A stretch of DNA of 63,969 bases, filler included, from Phoronis australis (lineage: Eukaryota > Animalia > Phoronida): the NCBI GenBank assembly GCA_002633005.1. It is 9 parts of 9 records of this genome, joined end to end, with 100 filler letters (N's around TTAATTAATTAA, not from the genome) between each part and the next. Parts side by side here need not be neighbours in the genome. Positions count along the whole stretch, not along the records: positions 20,034 to 35,667 come from NMRA01000808.1; positions 35,768 to 38,394 come from NMRA01000302.1; positions 38,495 to 46,492 come from NMRA01000482.1; 6 more parts are not named here. The stretch is one strand, 5' to 3'. Position 1 is the first letter of the stretch, and each line of letters begins with the position of its first letter. Shown here in pieces: positions 28,201 to 41,299 of the stretch. A program made the position numbers and the translations under genes. The notes beneath the pieces were generated by a model that saw nothing but the letters and a program-made list of their open reading frames with translations, had not been told where the DNA came from and made no database searches.

Positions 28201-31200
28201 AAAACTCAAATTATGGGTGGTCGTTCCTGTAAGAAGTGATGCATTAAAAATGGGTGGTATTTTTTGACCTGGTAATGTTGACAGGTTGGTTACTTCAGCC
28301 GCCAAAACTCAAAAAAAATGCAATAGGCATATATCCTGACTTATCCCAATACAAAAAAGCCCATATTGCCAGTAAACAGAGTGCAATATGTTCACTAAGC
28401 CATTAGTCAAGTCATGGGCAACTTGATTTGAACCAACTGTTTGTCTGCAGTCCTAATGAATTGAAAAGTTATGCAACACTAAACTGGTGTTAACACATAT
28501 AAGAAAATTGATGATTTTTGAATAAAAAGTATGAGGAGTAAGATAGACAAGTTCCAATATTCACTTGACATAGAAGTATAAAAGAGTTCGTGGAGACAGT
28601 TTGAGATTCATAGATCCTTATAATTGAAAAAATGTTCATTGAAATTATAGACACATGGTGAACAGAGACACCTGATGGCTGCCAAAAGTATTGCTCACAG
28701 GCTGCTTTAGTTTTTGACAATATTGGACAAGACAACTAGTTCTTGTCTGTCAATCATCTAAGTTCTTAACAGGTCCTCCTGGAGGCAATTTGTTTGCAAG
28801 TGTTGGATTTTATATTTTAACCTATTAAAAATAATTAAAAATTATGGGTCATGGGTTGGAGAAATAAATGAAAAATATGGGCGGTGGGTACAAAATAAAA
28901 GTGCCTTCCCCCCTCCCATACAGATTTTGCTGGAACAGCCCTGAGAATGATTTGCAAAATTTCGACAGAAGATAACTGTTAATTTTGACATAGGTGTTTT
29001 ATTTCACATACATTTTACGAAACATGTAGATTGCCTGTATTGTCATGCTTTTGGTGTTGAACCGTCAATCTGTTATTTTATTTAGACTGACAAGGCCAGC
29101 AGTATATCCGTGGGTGAAGAGTATATCTTTGTGGGTTGTTCTGATGGCATCATCCGTGTGTTTGACGCCTTCAGCCTCCACTTTGTCACTACAATGCCCC
29201 GCCCACATTATCTAGGAGTGGACGTGGCAGCAGGATTACACCCTAGGTTAGTTAACTGCCCTCTGGTGATTTCTCTTGTTGTGTGCAGTTGTGTTCAGAG
29301 CACTAAAACATAAAATGCCAAAATTAAATTCTGGAGACTGTGCTCATTTTCTGGTTAGCCACTAAACAAATGATTTAAGTAACAAGCATCGCGGCCGTTA
29401 TTGATTAATTTTTGTTAATGCGGTGCATTTTTCTTTACACCGTATGTTGTTGGTCTGAGTGTTTGGCCAGGTAGGCTCATTGTAGCCAAATTGAATGCGA
29501 TGCATCATATAATTGAATAGCTCATTGATTTTGCAAGTAATGACTCTTTGCCCGAGTTTACCTTAATTGTATGGGCATGCTTCACTCCATCTACAATTTG
29601 AAGTTGATGTTACTATAATCACTGACTTCATGTCAGCACAACCTAGTGGATCCTAGTCACAAATGAGATATTGGTCATAATGCGGATTGGTGATCATTAC
29701 AAGTTCACAGTTCATTGTTTCATACTGCATTATATACCTGTAATTGTATAGTTGCATTTATTTCAGTGATATGATCCCTCCTAATGATGAGGCCAAGTTG
29801 CCTGACACAATAGCTGTAGCTTTCGATGATGCCAGTAAGAAGGTGGGCGTCACTTGGTTTGACAAATATTGTTGTTGAAAGGTTTTACTTCACTCAATCA
29901 AATAATGTTGTCTCCTGTTGTCTACATGTTGTACTGCGCTGTTCTCATGATGAGATGGTAAAAAGATTTTACCACAGTTGTTGGTTCGAGTGCATTGAGT
30001 CATGGAAAGGAATGTTTGAAATGTTTGGAATGTCATGATAGTACCAGTGCTATGAATTTAGTCGTCACTAACCATTCCTGAGGACAAGTCACTGTCAACA
30101 TCAGGGACTTGTATTGTATGTGACTGATTCATTATGTAAAACAATTATTTGACTGCATGTGTGGTCATGGCTCCTGTACATCATGGTCATCTTGGAAGGT
30201 CTGTCAGAGGGAAGAATACTTTTCCTGCATAGAAGTTAACAAAGAGTGATTATAACTGATGGCAGATTGTGACAGACGGTAAACAATGCATTTTACAACT
30301 TTAAACTGATGGCAGATTGTGACAGATGGTAAACAATGCATATTACAACTTGTATAATGAGTTTAGGCATTGCTTGCTTGGCTATAGGCATTAGCCAAAA
30401 TTACCACATTTCTTTCTGGAAAATAGCTCTTGCAATATGAAAGCTAATTGCTGCAAAACTCATTGAAAATGAAAACACAATGTGTGTGAGAATTGTGTAT
30501 TTTTCTGTTTTTTTAATTTGTTGTTCATATGTGCCGTACTCTTGTCTTTTTCTGTGGCAGGTAATATGTGTGTACAATGATCACAGCTTGTACGTATGGG
30601 ACGTCCATGACATAAAGAGAATAGGCAAGGCAGCGTCCTTCCTTTACCACAGCAGTAGTATATGGGGACTTGATGTGAGTATTGAAGTCATGTGTCTATA
30701 AATGGACATGGTTAAGGATGCACTGGGGGCAGTTGTGTAGCCTAAGATAAACCATGTTCAAGATGGTTTTATGCGCCAAAGTATGTTGTGTAAGTTTTAT
30801 TTTTACCACACGACATGTCTGAGTAGTAAATAACTAGTGGGTTATAACCACACAATTGTTTCTTGTGGGAAAAAACAATTTAGTGGGGAAAATGGTGTGG
30901 GCATGCTGCAATGTTCTGTAGAAGAGGCTCACATGTGTGGTGTGGTCCACCATACTTTGGAGCGATGAGTGTGTGTTGTGTTCCACTACACTGTGAATGG
31001 ATGAGTGTGTATTGTGTTCCACTACAATGTGAAGGGATGAGTGTGTATTGTGTTCCACTACACTGTGAATGGATGAGTGTGTATTGTGTTCCATTGCACT
31101 GTGAAGGGATGAGTAACATCAAGAACAATTATTATAGTGAAATATTTTCTTTTTTGTTTTGTGAATTGTTTCGAGTTCATTTCTCAATGTGTGGAATAAT

Positions 31201-34200
31201 TGAGGCACTCCTTGGATCATAATTTCTCCAAATCGCATGTGTTGTCTAGATAGAGGATATAATGATCTTGTCACGTAATAATCTATGCCTATTTGAAATA
31301 TTGTATAGATGTGAAGAACCAGTGATCTTCTCTCACCTATTTTAGAACTTATCTATTTCCACTTATGGACACATGTCATTGATTGCCTTGTTTGGCCTCA
31401 CCACTCTGTCTAGTACAGCACTAATTGTTATTGGTGGTCATTGCAGATGTACCCCAAGCTGACCGGTGGTCTAAAACAGGCCCTACCCCCAGGCTCTTTC
31501 ATTACCTGCGCTGGGGATGACACTATACGAATCTGGAACTTGGACAATCATATGAGCACAGATACTCTGTATAGGAGAAACATTTATAGTAATGTGAGTA
31601 AGAGTATCAAGAGTGCTGAGTTGTTGGTTTGTTTCTCATTGTACATCTTGAAATGAGCAGAAGGCTCTTTTGTAAAGTATATTTTGTCTTAAGATTGTCT
31701 GTCTCACGAGGAACTGATATTAAGGTAAAATAGGAAAATTGGTGTATGTGTTTATGATTATTCTTTGCACCAACTTGTCAATTGGTGTGTGTGTGTGATT
31801 AGTCTTTGCATCAGTTTTCTTTCTCTGGAAGACTAGAGCTTTACAAAATATGTCTTGTGTATTCAACAAAACTTGTGGAAGAGGTTGAACTGATACACAA
31901 CTATACTAACATACGATAAGAAATGCAAAATGACAAAACTCGCAAGTTATTTGCTTTTATGCTTAGTTATTTCAATAAGGGTTAACTCCGCTTTATTTTT
32001 TAAATGTGTGTAATGCTTTTCACTGTAGGAGCTATTGAAGATAATGTATACTGATCCAAACATCTCTATTTTTTAAATGTATGTAATGCTTTTCACTGTA
32101 GGAGCTATTGAAGATAATGTATACTGATCCAAACATCTCTATTTTTTAAATGTATGTAATGCTTTTCACTGTAGGAGCTATTGAAGATAATGTATACTGA
32201 TCCAAACATCTCTAATCTATGCAATGATGCTTACACTCCAGGTAAGTCGTTCACCAAGGGTTCACTGCAATGGTTGTCAGAAATTGATAAAATGAGACTA
32301 GCGACAAATGTGCTACGATCACGTTGTACCATGTGACCCTCTGAGGATCTGTATAGAACCTTTTCAAAAATTGAATATTCTGTGACTTATGCAAGATCTC
32401 TTAAGGATACACTTTTAAAGGCCAGTTCATCAATACCTGCTACTTGCTTATGAATTATGTGCAATATTTGAAAACTGTCTTGTACAATTTCATAAAAACT
32501 CAGTTTGATGATGTCACTAGTTAAAGAAATTCCACCCCATCCAAGTGCTACTGAATAACCTTTTCTTTATGAATTGGAGCTTATTAACGTATGACTTGCA
32601 GTGATGAACTTATTAACGTATGGCTTGCAGTGATGTACACTTATTAATGTATGGCTTGCAGTGCTGAACACTTATTAATGTATGGCTTGCAGTGATGTGC
32701 ACTTGTCTTCAGTAGATCTTTGTGGACACAAATTTGATAGAGTGATAAATTAGACTGCAGTGCATACAAGCACTTGTGCTCCATAATGGCAATAAGTAGG
32801 AATTTTGCTTCACTCATTTGTCACGAAATTTAAAAACAATGTAAAAGCTTTGTCTTGAGCTTATGGGAGATGAGTCATTTCTTAAGCAAGAGACGTTTAT
32901 TGACTTTTGGCAGCAGCTTCTTCACAGTTTTCTAAACTTTTTAAAGCCACTAAAGCCATCATGGTGTTAACATGGCTTTTTAAACATGAATGTGAGTTAA
33001 GTATTCCTGTTGAGTTTGAACTTTTCTTTGATGAGGACACTGTAGGAATTGGTGTCACGCCTTACATAACATAATTGTGTCACCTAATTGGCTCATTTGT
33101 TTTAAAAGCTGGTGGTGCTGAGAAGACTGATACCAGTGACAGTAAGTCTGGGGTCCGGTGTATCCAGGTTAGTCCTGATGGTCAACACATCGCTTCAGGT
33201 GACCGCGCAGGTAATGTCAGGTAAGTGAATCTACAGCCAGGTTTTCATTGTTACTTTGGATACCAACACTCAACACTTTTATTAGTCTGCATGTTTTCAT
33301 TCCGTGTGACTATCGTAATGCATGTATGTAGTTAGCCAATAGCTCTTCAACAAAGCTAAAGCTCCACCGAAGGGCTTTTCACCACTTGGTGAAATGGATA
33401 TAAACTAAAAGAATGGGAGGAAAATTCTTGTCCAGTGTGTTAGTACTTAGCAAATCAAATTCCCTTGACACGTTTAGAACACTGCCAATAGTCTTACCGA
33501 TTATATTTCATCTTGTTGTACTTTCCTGTAACAACAAGGCCTCAGATCGACTGCCATCTTCTATTCTCAGTTTTTTACCTAACGACATCTGATTCATCAA
33601 GTGACCCGAATCCCAACCAATGAGCGAAGTGAATGCTTTAGCTCATGAGAACACCGCTAGCTAAAAAAATGAAAATGACAAACTGACAAGTGAAAAGTAA
33701 AAAGTCAAATTTTTGAGCGAATAAGTTCTTTTGAAGAGATTGATTTGCGACATATTATTTCTGCAGATAAATGTGGTCACGCGATCTCAATGTCAAGGTG
33801 TTCAGGTTAACATTTGATCTCAATGTCAAGGTGTTCAGGTTAACATTTGATCTCAATGTCAAGGTGTTCAGGTTAACATTTGATCTGCAATTTGAGTGTG
33901 ATATGTGTGACTTAATTCTACACTTTCACTGTGCGCATTTCCAACCCTGTTTAAGGGTTGGTTTACAGACTATTGAATTCCAAATGCCTTGTTGACGCGT
34001 GAGGTACCTTGCTGAAGTGGGCAAAACTTATGAGAATCTGAATGTGTTGATTGAGTATTTTAATTTTTGTTTCATTTTTGTTAGTGATTGAGTCTTGGAC
34101 CTGTTCGCGTTGTTGTTGAGTTTAGCTGTAATAGTTGTCTTATAGTGATAGTGATCTCTGTCATAGTCTTCCATTGTGCTCATCTGTTGTTGTAGGGTAC

Positions 34201-35067
34201 ATGAACTTCACATGTGTGGTCAACTACATCAAATAGAGGCTCATGATTCTGAGGTGCTCTGTCTGCAGTATTCCAAGGCCAACAAGAGTAAAGGTAACAA
34301 CTTGACTGACTATGCTTCAGATATGTGGAATTGAAATGCCATTACTCAGTAGGACTTGTTTGACTAATGCTACACACTGAAATCAATATAGTAAACTGTC
34401 ACCCACACTNCATAATCAACCTCATCCCCACCACACATCCCTACCAACACTCTCTCTCCACCACACATCCCCACCAACACTATCTCTACCAGCATCATCC
34501 CTTTTACCTATGTGTTACCATGACAACTGCACACTATCATCACTCTAATTATTCTCTTGACAACCATAGACATCATGACTACTACTAACACCACCATCAT
34601 CTTCGTTACTGCCACTGTGACATCACTACCATCACCTTTTTTGGTTTGTCACTGATCATCGTTGACACCACATCACTATTACCACCACCACCACCATCAC
34701 TACGGTCACAGTCATAATCACCATTGTCATTACCAAAAGTTTGTGGCACCAGAACAGTGTCTGAACATTCTAGCTGTATTAAACTTTACCACAATTTTCT
34801 CTTTGCTGTATCTTATGTGCTCAAGCCTTGCGTCGTTTAATGACTTAGTGCTCTCTTTGTTACCCAGAGCTCCCTCTGTTGTTGGCGTCAACCAGCAGAG
34901 ACCGCCTGCTACATATCTTTGATGTGGAGCAAAACTATGGTTTGCTACAGACCCTGGATGACCATTCCTCATCTATCACAGCGGTCAAGTTCACAGACAC
35001 AGATGACCAATTTCAGATGCTGAGCTGCGGCGCTGACAAGTCTCTCCTCTTCAGGACGGCTCAGCTG
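22281..35067 (+). CDS. MAPKBP1: WDR62/MAPKBP1-family WD40 protein, partial; 13 exons: 22281..22401, 25474..25566, 25953..26069, 27091..27186, 27461..27646, 29086..29246, 29767..29842, 30561..30674, 31447..31593, 32175..32241, 33109..33220, 34196..34293, 34868..35067
   Basis: All exons have AG/GT boundaries with compatible phases. Translation includes [121 protein letters not shown] and [28 protein letters not shown]. These are characteristic of MAPKBP1/WDR62; invertebrates have a single co-ortholog. Confidence 0.93.
22787..24339 (+). mobile_element. HINE/Helentron-associated-like non-autonomous element in a MAPKBP1 intron
   Basis: Starts aactagaa. Contains long internal direct repeats (23345-23560 similar to 23777-23985), a (aagaagaat)n microsatellite at about 24250-24285, and a 10-bp-stem hairpin tactctgcgc-ttccac-gcgcagagta (24312-24337) at the end. 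Boundaries are approximate. Confidence 0.55.
24898..25445. repeat. Minisatellite, 33-bp unit tattactacttcatactaagccttacaaccttg, about 16 copies
   Basis: Read directly; intronic; generates the spurious 177-aa [14 protein letters not shown]. Confidence 0.95.
26541..26626. repeat. Tandem repeat, 18-bp unit gctcatggtgc(t/a)atgata, about 4.5 copies
   Basis: Read directly. Confidence 0.85.
27860..28060 (+). repeat. Degenerate 69-bp tandem repeat carrying the 3' end of the upstream exon
   Basis: gacaagtgggtggagct in the exon (27626-27642) recurs at 27973-27989 and 28042-28058. Confidence 0.7.
28127..28941. mobile_element. PIF/Harbinger-type MITE with 3-bp TGA TSD
   Basis: TIRs ggtctgttccagtaaaatc and gattttgctggaacagccc. 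TGA flanks both sides (28124-28126, 28942-28944). A related copy lies in reverse orientation at about 50905-52546. Confidence 0.75.
30964..31114. repeat. Tandem repeat, 36-bp unit, about 4 copies
   Basis: gatgagtgtgtattgtgttccactacactgtgaa(t/g)g repeated. Confidence 0.85.
31995..32213 (+). repeat. Triplicated 73-bp unit made of a splice acceptor and the 5' part of a MAPKBP1 exon
   Basis: Three near-identical copies of attttttaaatgt(g/a)tgtaatgcttttcactgtag|gagctattgaagataatgtatactgatccaaacatctct. Exon-like starts at 32029, 32102 and 32175. Confidence 0.92.
32581..32703. repeat. Tandem repeat of about 30 bp (ttattaa(c/t)gtatggcttgcagtgatg...), 4 copies
   Basis: Read directly. Confidence 0.8.
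33783..33885. repeat. Tandem repeat, 33-bp unit gatctcaatgtcaaggtgttcaggttaacattt, 3 copies
   Basis: Read directly. Confidence 0.9.
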
Positions 35068-36111
35068 GTGAGTACTCCTGCAGAACAGCAAGTTATGTTG
35101 CCAATGTTACTTATTGACCAAAATAGTAGCAACAGTCATAAGTCACATGAACGTTGACATAATTATTCAAATCCAATGTTTTCGCTTTATCACAAACAAA
35201 CCATCTTCATAGCACATCAACCATAGTCGGTGGGCCAGATTTTGTAGGGCCTCTAGAAAATGGTTTTTGTGAGTACTTTAGGGGGGCAATTTTATTTTGG
35301 TGTTTTTTAATTCATTTATTAGAGTGTTTTCAAAATCTAAAAAGTTCCCACATGTAAAGTTGCACATTTTTGAGAAATTTGAGTTTGATGTTACCTAAAA
35401 ATCACCAAAGAGCTTAGTAAACTTATATTTGTAAAAACAACAGTTTTGGTGACTTTTTTGTAAAACAAGTAATATGGTCCCATCAGTGCCATTGTATTGA
35501 ACAATATTACACTCACATTACATGTTTTACTATGTAAATTGTTAATTAACAGTGAAATTTAAAAAATGTAAAGAGACACCTAGTGGCGAAAATGCAAACT
35601 AAGTCTGAATGTTACTAGGAAGTTATTCTGGCATTGTCAGGCAACAAAAATAACACAAAACACTTGANNNNNNNNNNNNNNNNNNNNNNNNNNNNNNNNN
35701 NNNNNNNNNNNTTAATTAATTAANNNNNNNNNNNNNNNNNNNNNNNNNNNNNNNNNNNNNNNNNNNNCAGACCTGTTACTGAAAAAAATCAACGAGGACC
35801 AAAAAACGGGGCCATTAGGTTCAGGCTTGCCAATCGTGCATCCACGCCGAATTCCTGTGGACTTCGTGAATTTTTGTCTCGTTTACTCAAGGGACTTTTT
35901 GTTTCACTGAGGCAAACTTTTTTGCCCAATTCGCCAATTCGCCCCGATCCCCCCTGGATGAGCCCATTATTTACGCTGGCAGCAACGTGTGAAAGTCAAG
36001 TCATATTTGGCTCACGTAGCCCTAGAAATAAGGGGTTAGATAATTTCTTGGTAACTGAAAGTAAAGACGTGGCCGTCGCTTGGAGATTAATAGGGTTGTC
36101 ATTTTCACTTT

Positions 36112-36261
36112 CAGTGGCGGATTTAGAGGGGCGCCATGCCCCCCCTAAAACTCTCCCAGATTCCATTTGACAGTTCGGAGGTGCGCCTTCTGACGGGCAA
36201 AATCCTGGCTAATACTCTGCCCTGGCCTCCCCCCTAAATAAAAATCCTGGATCCGCCCCTG
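36112..36261. mobile_element. Short GC-rich MITE (CAGTGGCGGAT...ATCCGCCCCTG termini)
   Basis: Inverted termini with acttt on both flanks. Related termini occur at about 54825 and 57252. Confidence 0.6.
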
Positions 36262-36760
36262 ACTTTGGCTGTCATTGGCAATAAAAAACGAGACGCACAT
36301 CTCTAAGTCACGATTTTCTGCCGGCACCGCTTGCGCGCTAACAACGGGACCGAACAGTGCCGCAGTGCCGGCAATATCAGGGATGTTGTCGTAGATATTT
36401 GGTACAACATGTAATAAGGACATCTTACGCAAAAAATAAACATATCTGTCCACCAAAAAGTTTGATAAGTTGATCGCTTAAGAATTAGTGGAAATACTGC
36501 CGTGTTGTGACATTTTATCACGTGTTATGCAGTGGCCTGAAACTTTCCGGCCCGAATCCGGAAACTTGCAAAAGTTGCCGAAAGTGTTAGCAAATGAAAC
36601 GCGTCAAAGATCGATTCTGCATATCCCATGTTCACGCGACTTGCTGACATGTACAAGTTATCGGTAGGGCTGTTCTCGGTTGGCGTTCTTTTGAACTTGG
36701 ATTTGGAAACAACCAAATAACATTCGAATTAAAAAGGTTTCCTTCGCCTTTAACAGCAAA

Positions 36761-37268
36761 ATTATGATCATTATGGGAACGAAATTATTATGACCATTAT
36801 GCTGAATACATTTTATATCCATTATACGGACAAAATCATTATTGTGACCATTATGCTGACATAATTGTTATGACCATTATGCGGTCAAAATTATGACCAT
36901 TATGCAGGCAAAATTATGTCAATGATCATTATGCGGACAAAATTATGTTTATGACCATTATGCAGACAAAATTATGTTGATGATCATTTATGCAGACAAA
37001 ATTATGTTGATGATCATTTATGCAGACAAAATTATGTTTATGACCATTATGTGGACAAAATTATGTTGATGATCATTTTGCGGACAAAATTATGTTGATG
37101 ACCATTATGCAGACAAAATTATGTCAATGATCAGTATGCGGACAAAATTGTGTTGATGACCATTATGTGGACAAAACTATGTTGATGATTATTATGCAGA
37201 CAAAATTATGTTCATGACTATTATGCAGAAAAAATTATGTTGATGATCATTATGCGGACAAATTTATG
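36761..37268. repeat. Minisatellite, about 29-bp unit tgaccattatgcagacaaaattatgttga, about 17 copies
   Basis: Read directly; degenerate head-to-tail units with no unique spacers. Confidence 0.9.
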
Positions 37269-38494
37269 AAACGACAATTTTTCTCGAGCGCCGATGAAAT
37301 AATTTAGTTTACTCAAGGAAGAGTTTCGTTAATAACACAAATTCGCCGGGTGAAGATTTTACATGTTCAGTTTTTTACCCACATGCCGCAAAAAGGCAGC
37401 TAGTATGATGATGCTTCACCCGAGAACCAGAAGGCCTGTTTTTTTACTTGACTAGCTTTAAACGTCAAATTGAAGAAAATGATTTTCATTTTGTTCTAAA
37501 ACTTACGCAGTGGATAAAATTATAATTATTTAGCTCAAAAGCGTACAACGTGGTTGTTTTGAACTGTTAGATTTATTAAATGTTGACCTTTCAACTGTTT
37601 ATAAGTCACATACCGCAGCCGGGAGCCAGGTGATGAGTAAAACTCAAAAGCGCCGTGTATTACAAAGCGAAGTGTCCTCTGTTGCGCACAAAAGATTCCG
37701 GTGGATTAATCTGCACAAGACCTGCATATGCATACGTATATAGCACCATTGTATGATCTGTGTAGGCCTAACAGTAATAAAACTTAGTCATTGCGGTTTT
37801 AGTCCCCCGCGGTCCTGTTTTGTGGTGGGGCAGTCATGTTTTTAGGTGCGTCAGTCCCATTTTCTGGCGCGGCGGTCCCATTTGATTCCTGCAGGTCCAG
37901 TTTAGAGCTATGATATTCAACTCAACTCAACTCCTAGGTAAAGTTGTACCCAGATTAACTATCACTTTCACCATGACATTGAAATATTTGATTTCAATAA
38001 AACCAGTTGAACTCGCATTGAAGGTGAAAATTTTAAGTCTGAATATGCAAACTTTTACCACATTCTAGTATTCCACAACCCGGTAAAAATTCGAAAGCAC
38101 ATACTCAATCCCAAAGTCAAATCACACAGATTTCCTTATTGGCATTGAATTATTTGGTGCAATTAGATAGGAACTATGCAAGTTTCACTGTGCTTCACAA
38201 TAGTTAACGTGTTGACTGTTGAGAGTTCACTTGGGTACATTGTGACCTATGCCGGGAGGTATTCCAGATAGGGTACTAGTAGCGGGATCGGGATGTCCTT
38301 TCACATTCAATAACCTAGATCCTCCCGTGAAACCTGAGCAAATCAGTCAAAATAAGCAATACAATAGTTACATTGGTGATTCTTAATTTTGAGANNNNNN
38401 NNNNNNNNNNNNNNNNNNNNNNNNNNNNNNNNNNNNNNTTAATTAATTAANNNNNNNNNNNNNNNNNNNNNNNNNNNNNNNNNNNNNNNNNNNN

Positions 38495-39625
38495 ATTTTG
38501 ACTCTGACTGATTGGTTTTCAAATTATACGTTGTTATATCCGATGCCGGATAAGAGTGCCGCTACAATTGCACGAATCCTAACTACTGATACCTTTTGCA
38601 GGTTCGGTATAATGAACATTTTGGTCTCGGACAACGGCTCTGAGTTTGTGAACAAAACAGTAAAAGATTTATTGGAATCATTTAATATTCGGCATGTTAC
38701 CACCAGTTTCTACAATCCAAAAGCAAATGGCCGAGTCGAACGATCACACAAAGTACTCGGTGACGTTTTGAGTAAATTATGTCGTGAAAATCCAGAACAA
38801 TGGGATGTTTACCTCAGTCAAGCAGAGTCATGTTTAAATTTTCATACCAATTATACTGGGTATAGCAGTTATTTTCTTATGTTCGGTAGAGATCCTAAAC
38901 TTCCTATACATAACATAATGCGGCCACGTGCTAAATACGTGGGCGAGGAAGAACATAAGGTTATCCTACAAAACCAACATAGAGTTTTTAGGACAGTTTA
39001 TCGGGTGATAAAACACCATCAGAACAAAAGACTAGCAACGGAGAATAAGGGTAGAGTTTTAGTTGAATTAGAAGTTGGCGATCCTGTGTACCTTAAAAAT
39101 AATTCAAAAACCAGCAAACTGGACCCTAAGTGGACAGGCTACTGGCGTGTCCTAGAACGACTGTCTGAAAAAACGTATGTCATCCGGAATCAGTTAGATG
39201 GGACGGTTACCAAGTCGCACATTGACAACTTGAGATGGGCACAAATCGACGATTGGAAGGTGAATGACGACGATTATCCACAAATGAGGAGAGCGTGCTA
39301 CGCCGTCCCTCCCAGTTCTAGCGAAGAAAGTGACGTGCCTGACGACGAAGTAGAAATTGCTCCACAGCAAGGTCTACAGGATCATTTCCGCCAAATGAAG
39401 ACGGATTCATCTTCCGATGACTCTGGTGTACCCTTAGCGGAACTTCAAAGAAAGCTCCAACAGAGGGGGCATGTGAAAACGTTGGCTCAGACGAACCCAG
39501 CGCCACGGATGGAGGATCAAGGGACCTCATCATCCGAAGGCGACGGACTCGAGGCCAAAGCCGAGTCGAATCCAATGACGGACCTCTCTGCACCAGACGA
39601 CCAACAGTACATGCCATCCGATTGA
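38495..39625 (+). CDS. Gypsy-type integrase (rve core, GPY/F-like region, acidic tail), 5'-truncated
   Basis: DDE triad in LTDWFS, SDNGSEF and NGRVER. Also YFLMFGRDP, VGDPVYL and KLDPKWTGYWRV. The tail probably continues by frameshift into 39622..39807. Confidence 0.92.
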   Translation: MLTLTDWFSNYTLLYPMPDKSAATIARILTTDTFCRFGIMNILVSDNGSEFVNKTVKDLLESFNIRHVTTSFYNPKANGRVERSHKVLGDVLSKLCRENPEQWDVYLSQAESCLNFHTNYTGYSSYFLMFGRDPKLPIHNIMRPRAKYVGEEEHKVILQNQHRVFRTVYRVIKHHQNKRLATENKGRVLVELEVGDPVYLKNNSKTSKLDPKWTGYWRVLERLSEKTYVIRNQLDGTVTKSHIDNLRWAQIDDWKVNDDDYPQMRRACYAVPPSSSEESDVPDDEVEIAPQQGLQDHFRQMKTDSSSDDSGVPLAELQRKLQQRGHVKTLAQTNPAPRMEDQGTSSSEGDGLEAKAESNPMTDLSAPDDQQYMPSD

Positions 39626-40024
39626 CGGATGCAGACATCGCGATGGGACCACACCCAGATGACCGTGACGACGCCATGGACGTGAACGTCATCGCACCAT
39701 TGGGCAAAAGAAGAGGCCGGAAGTGTAGAAAAACGACCCAAACTTCCTCCGCGGCTTATTTAGATTTATGCCGCATGATGTTAGAGACATTTAAGAATGG
39801 TCGATAAGTAGGAACTTAAGGTTTCAGTAGCACCATATATTTTATAGCACACTTACATGTATAATTGAATATTAAGAACGGGAATGTTACCCGAAATGAT
39901 TTAGCCATGGGTACTTGTACGTAACGTATCTGATCTAAGGGTATCCGAGTTAGTTCTCGGCATGGCGATTGCGTATAACTTATAGATAGTATAAGGAGTG
40001 AGTTAACTGAACTCAGTGGTTTAA

Positions 40025-41139
40025 AATGGAGGAATTTTGGTCACATTTCGGATATCATTAATTGACACTTATGGACGAATGGAGTTGTTTCAAATTCACA
40101 ATTTGCCTGCTCCTCTCCCCAATTCTAACCGCTCGCACATTTTGGCAAAATACTCATTAGAGGCGGCAGCGTTAGCCATAAACCCAGAACGAACGTCCTA
40201 TGCCTTACTAGATTATGCCAACATGAAGGCAAGCATGCTCGTCGCTTAGTTTTTGTGAGACCCGACAACCGTTACGGCCTGTCAATTTAAGCAAGGATTG
40301 TGTGTGGTGGCTCTGTTCATGAAGTTTGATGATGCTATCAAAAGATTCTGTCGCGTTTTCATTAGAACGAATACAGCTTTATCACTGGCCATATATCTGA
40401 AATCTGGCTGGTACGCTGTGGTAAGTAGCGAGATTACGAGATTCTCTCTTCTGTGCAACCACAGCCGCACTAACACCAAGTCGATTATAGCGGACACTGG
40501 GGTAAATTTGATACATGTTGATTACGGGTGCCAGGCCACACACCCAACTATGATACTTCTAGGAACTTTTCACTGAGAATCTAGATATGAGCACCCCGAT
40601 AGTTTTGCTCGAGTTTTGAGAATTCGGGAAGAATCCTTTGCGATGTGGTCTCCCTATGTAGTAGCTTTTCCTAAACACGTTGAGGTGAAAATACCGCCTC
40701 ATCTTGCTCATTTACCCGAAATTCCCCCGGACAATTTAGTCACTGATTTACGTGAACTAGAAATCCCGAAACCATGGACCCCGATAACGAATTTTGGTTA
40801 TATGTCGCTCTGGGAATAGCAGCATCGCTTTTGGTTTTGGGGTTGATTGTTTTCTTGAGACGTAGACAAATTGCACGTGCCATGCTTAAACAGTATCAGC
40901 CTGTGTTAACCAGTAATAAGCGCCAGGTTGCCAATGCACCGCCTGAGTTGGCACTTATGAGTGCACGGAACGACGCCCAACGGACGTCGCCGGCTGGGGA
41001 GAAACCCAGTGCTGACGACCACACGACCATATCGGCCCAGTGGAATGGCAGACCAATCGAAATGAGGCAGTTCGTTCGGCGTATGTATCCTGTCTTGGAT
41101 CCAGACACTGCAGGGAGCCATGAGGAGGCCTCCGTGTGA
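40025..41139 (+). pseudogene. Envelope glycoprotein relic, baculovirus-F/errantivirus-env-like, C-terminal half
   Basis: Stitched reading: FQIHNLPAPLP..AKYSLEAAALAINPERTSYALL / ACSSLSFCETRQPLRPVNLSK / CVVALF..IKRFC..AIYLKSGWYAV..C..GCQA, then TM helix FWLYVALGIAASLLVLGLIVFL-RRR and a cytoplasmic tail. Several frameshifts and a stop at 40574-40576. No N-terminal half is visible. Confidence 0.7.
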
Positions 41140-41299
41140 ATTCAGACAATCAGTAGTAGTACTACCAACCCTTGCACTAAAGACTACAATACATGTGTGG
41201 TTGACAATAAGGGTAGTACTTACTAACATTCAGAGCCATCATACGATATATATAGATGTATAAGATATATGGAACTATTATAGGATTCGGAAATACTAG

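Noticed and set aside
34400-34735. Poly-His ORFs (34367..34588, 34662..34922)
   Set aside because: CAC/CAT low-complexity tract in a MAPKBP1 intron, with no splice support.
36761-37268. 29-bp repeat array as a possible CRISPR
   Set aside because: Units are head-to-tail with no unique spacers, there are no cas genes, and the context is eukaryotic.
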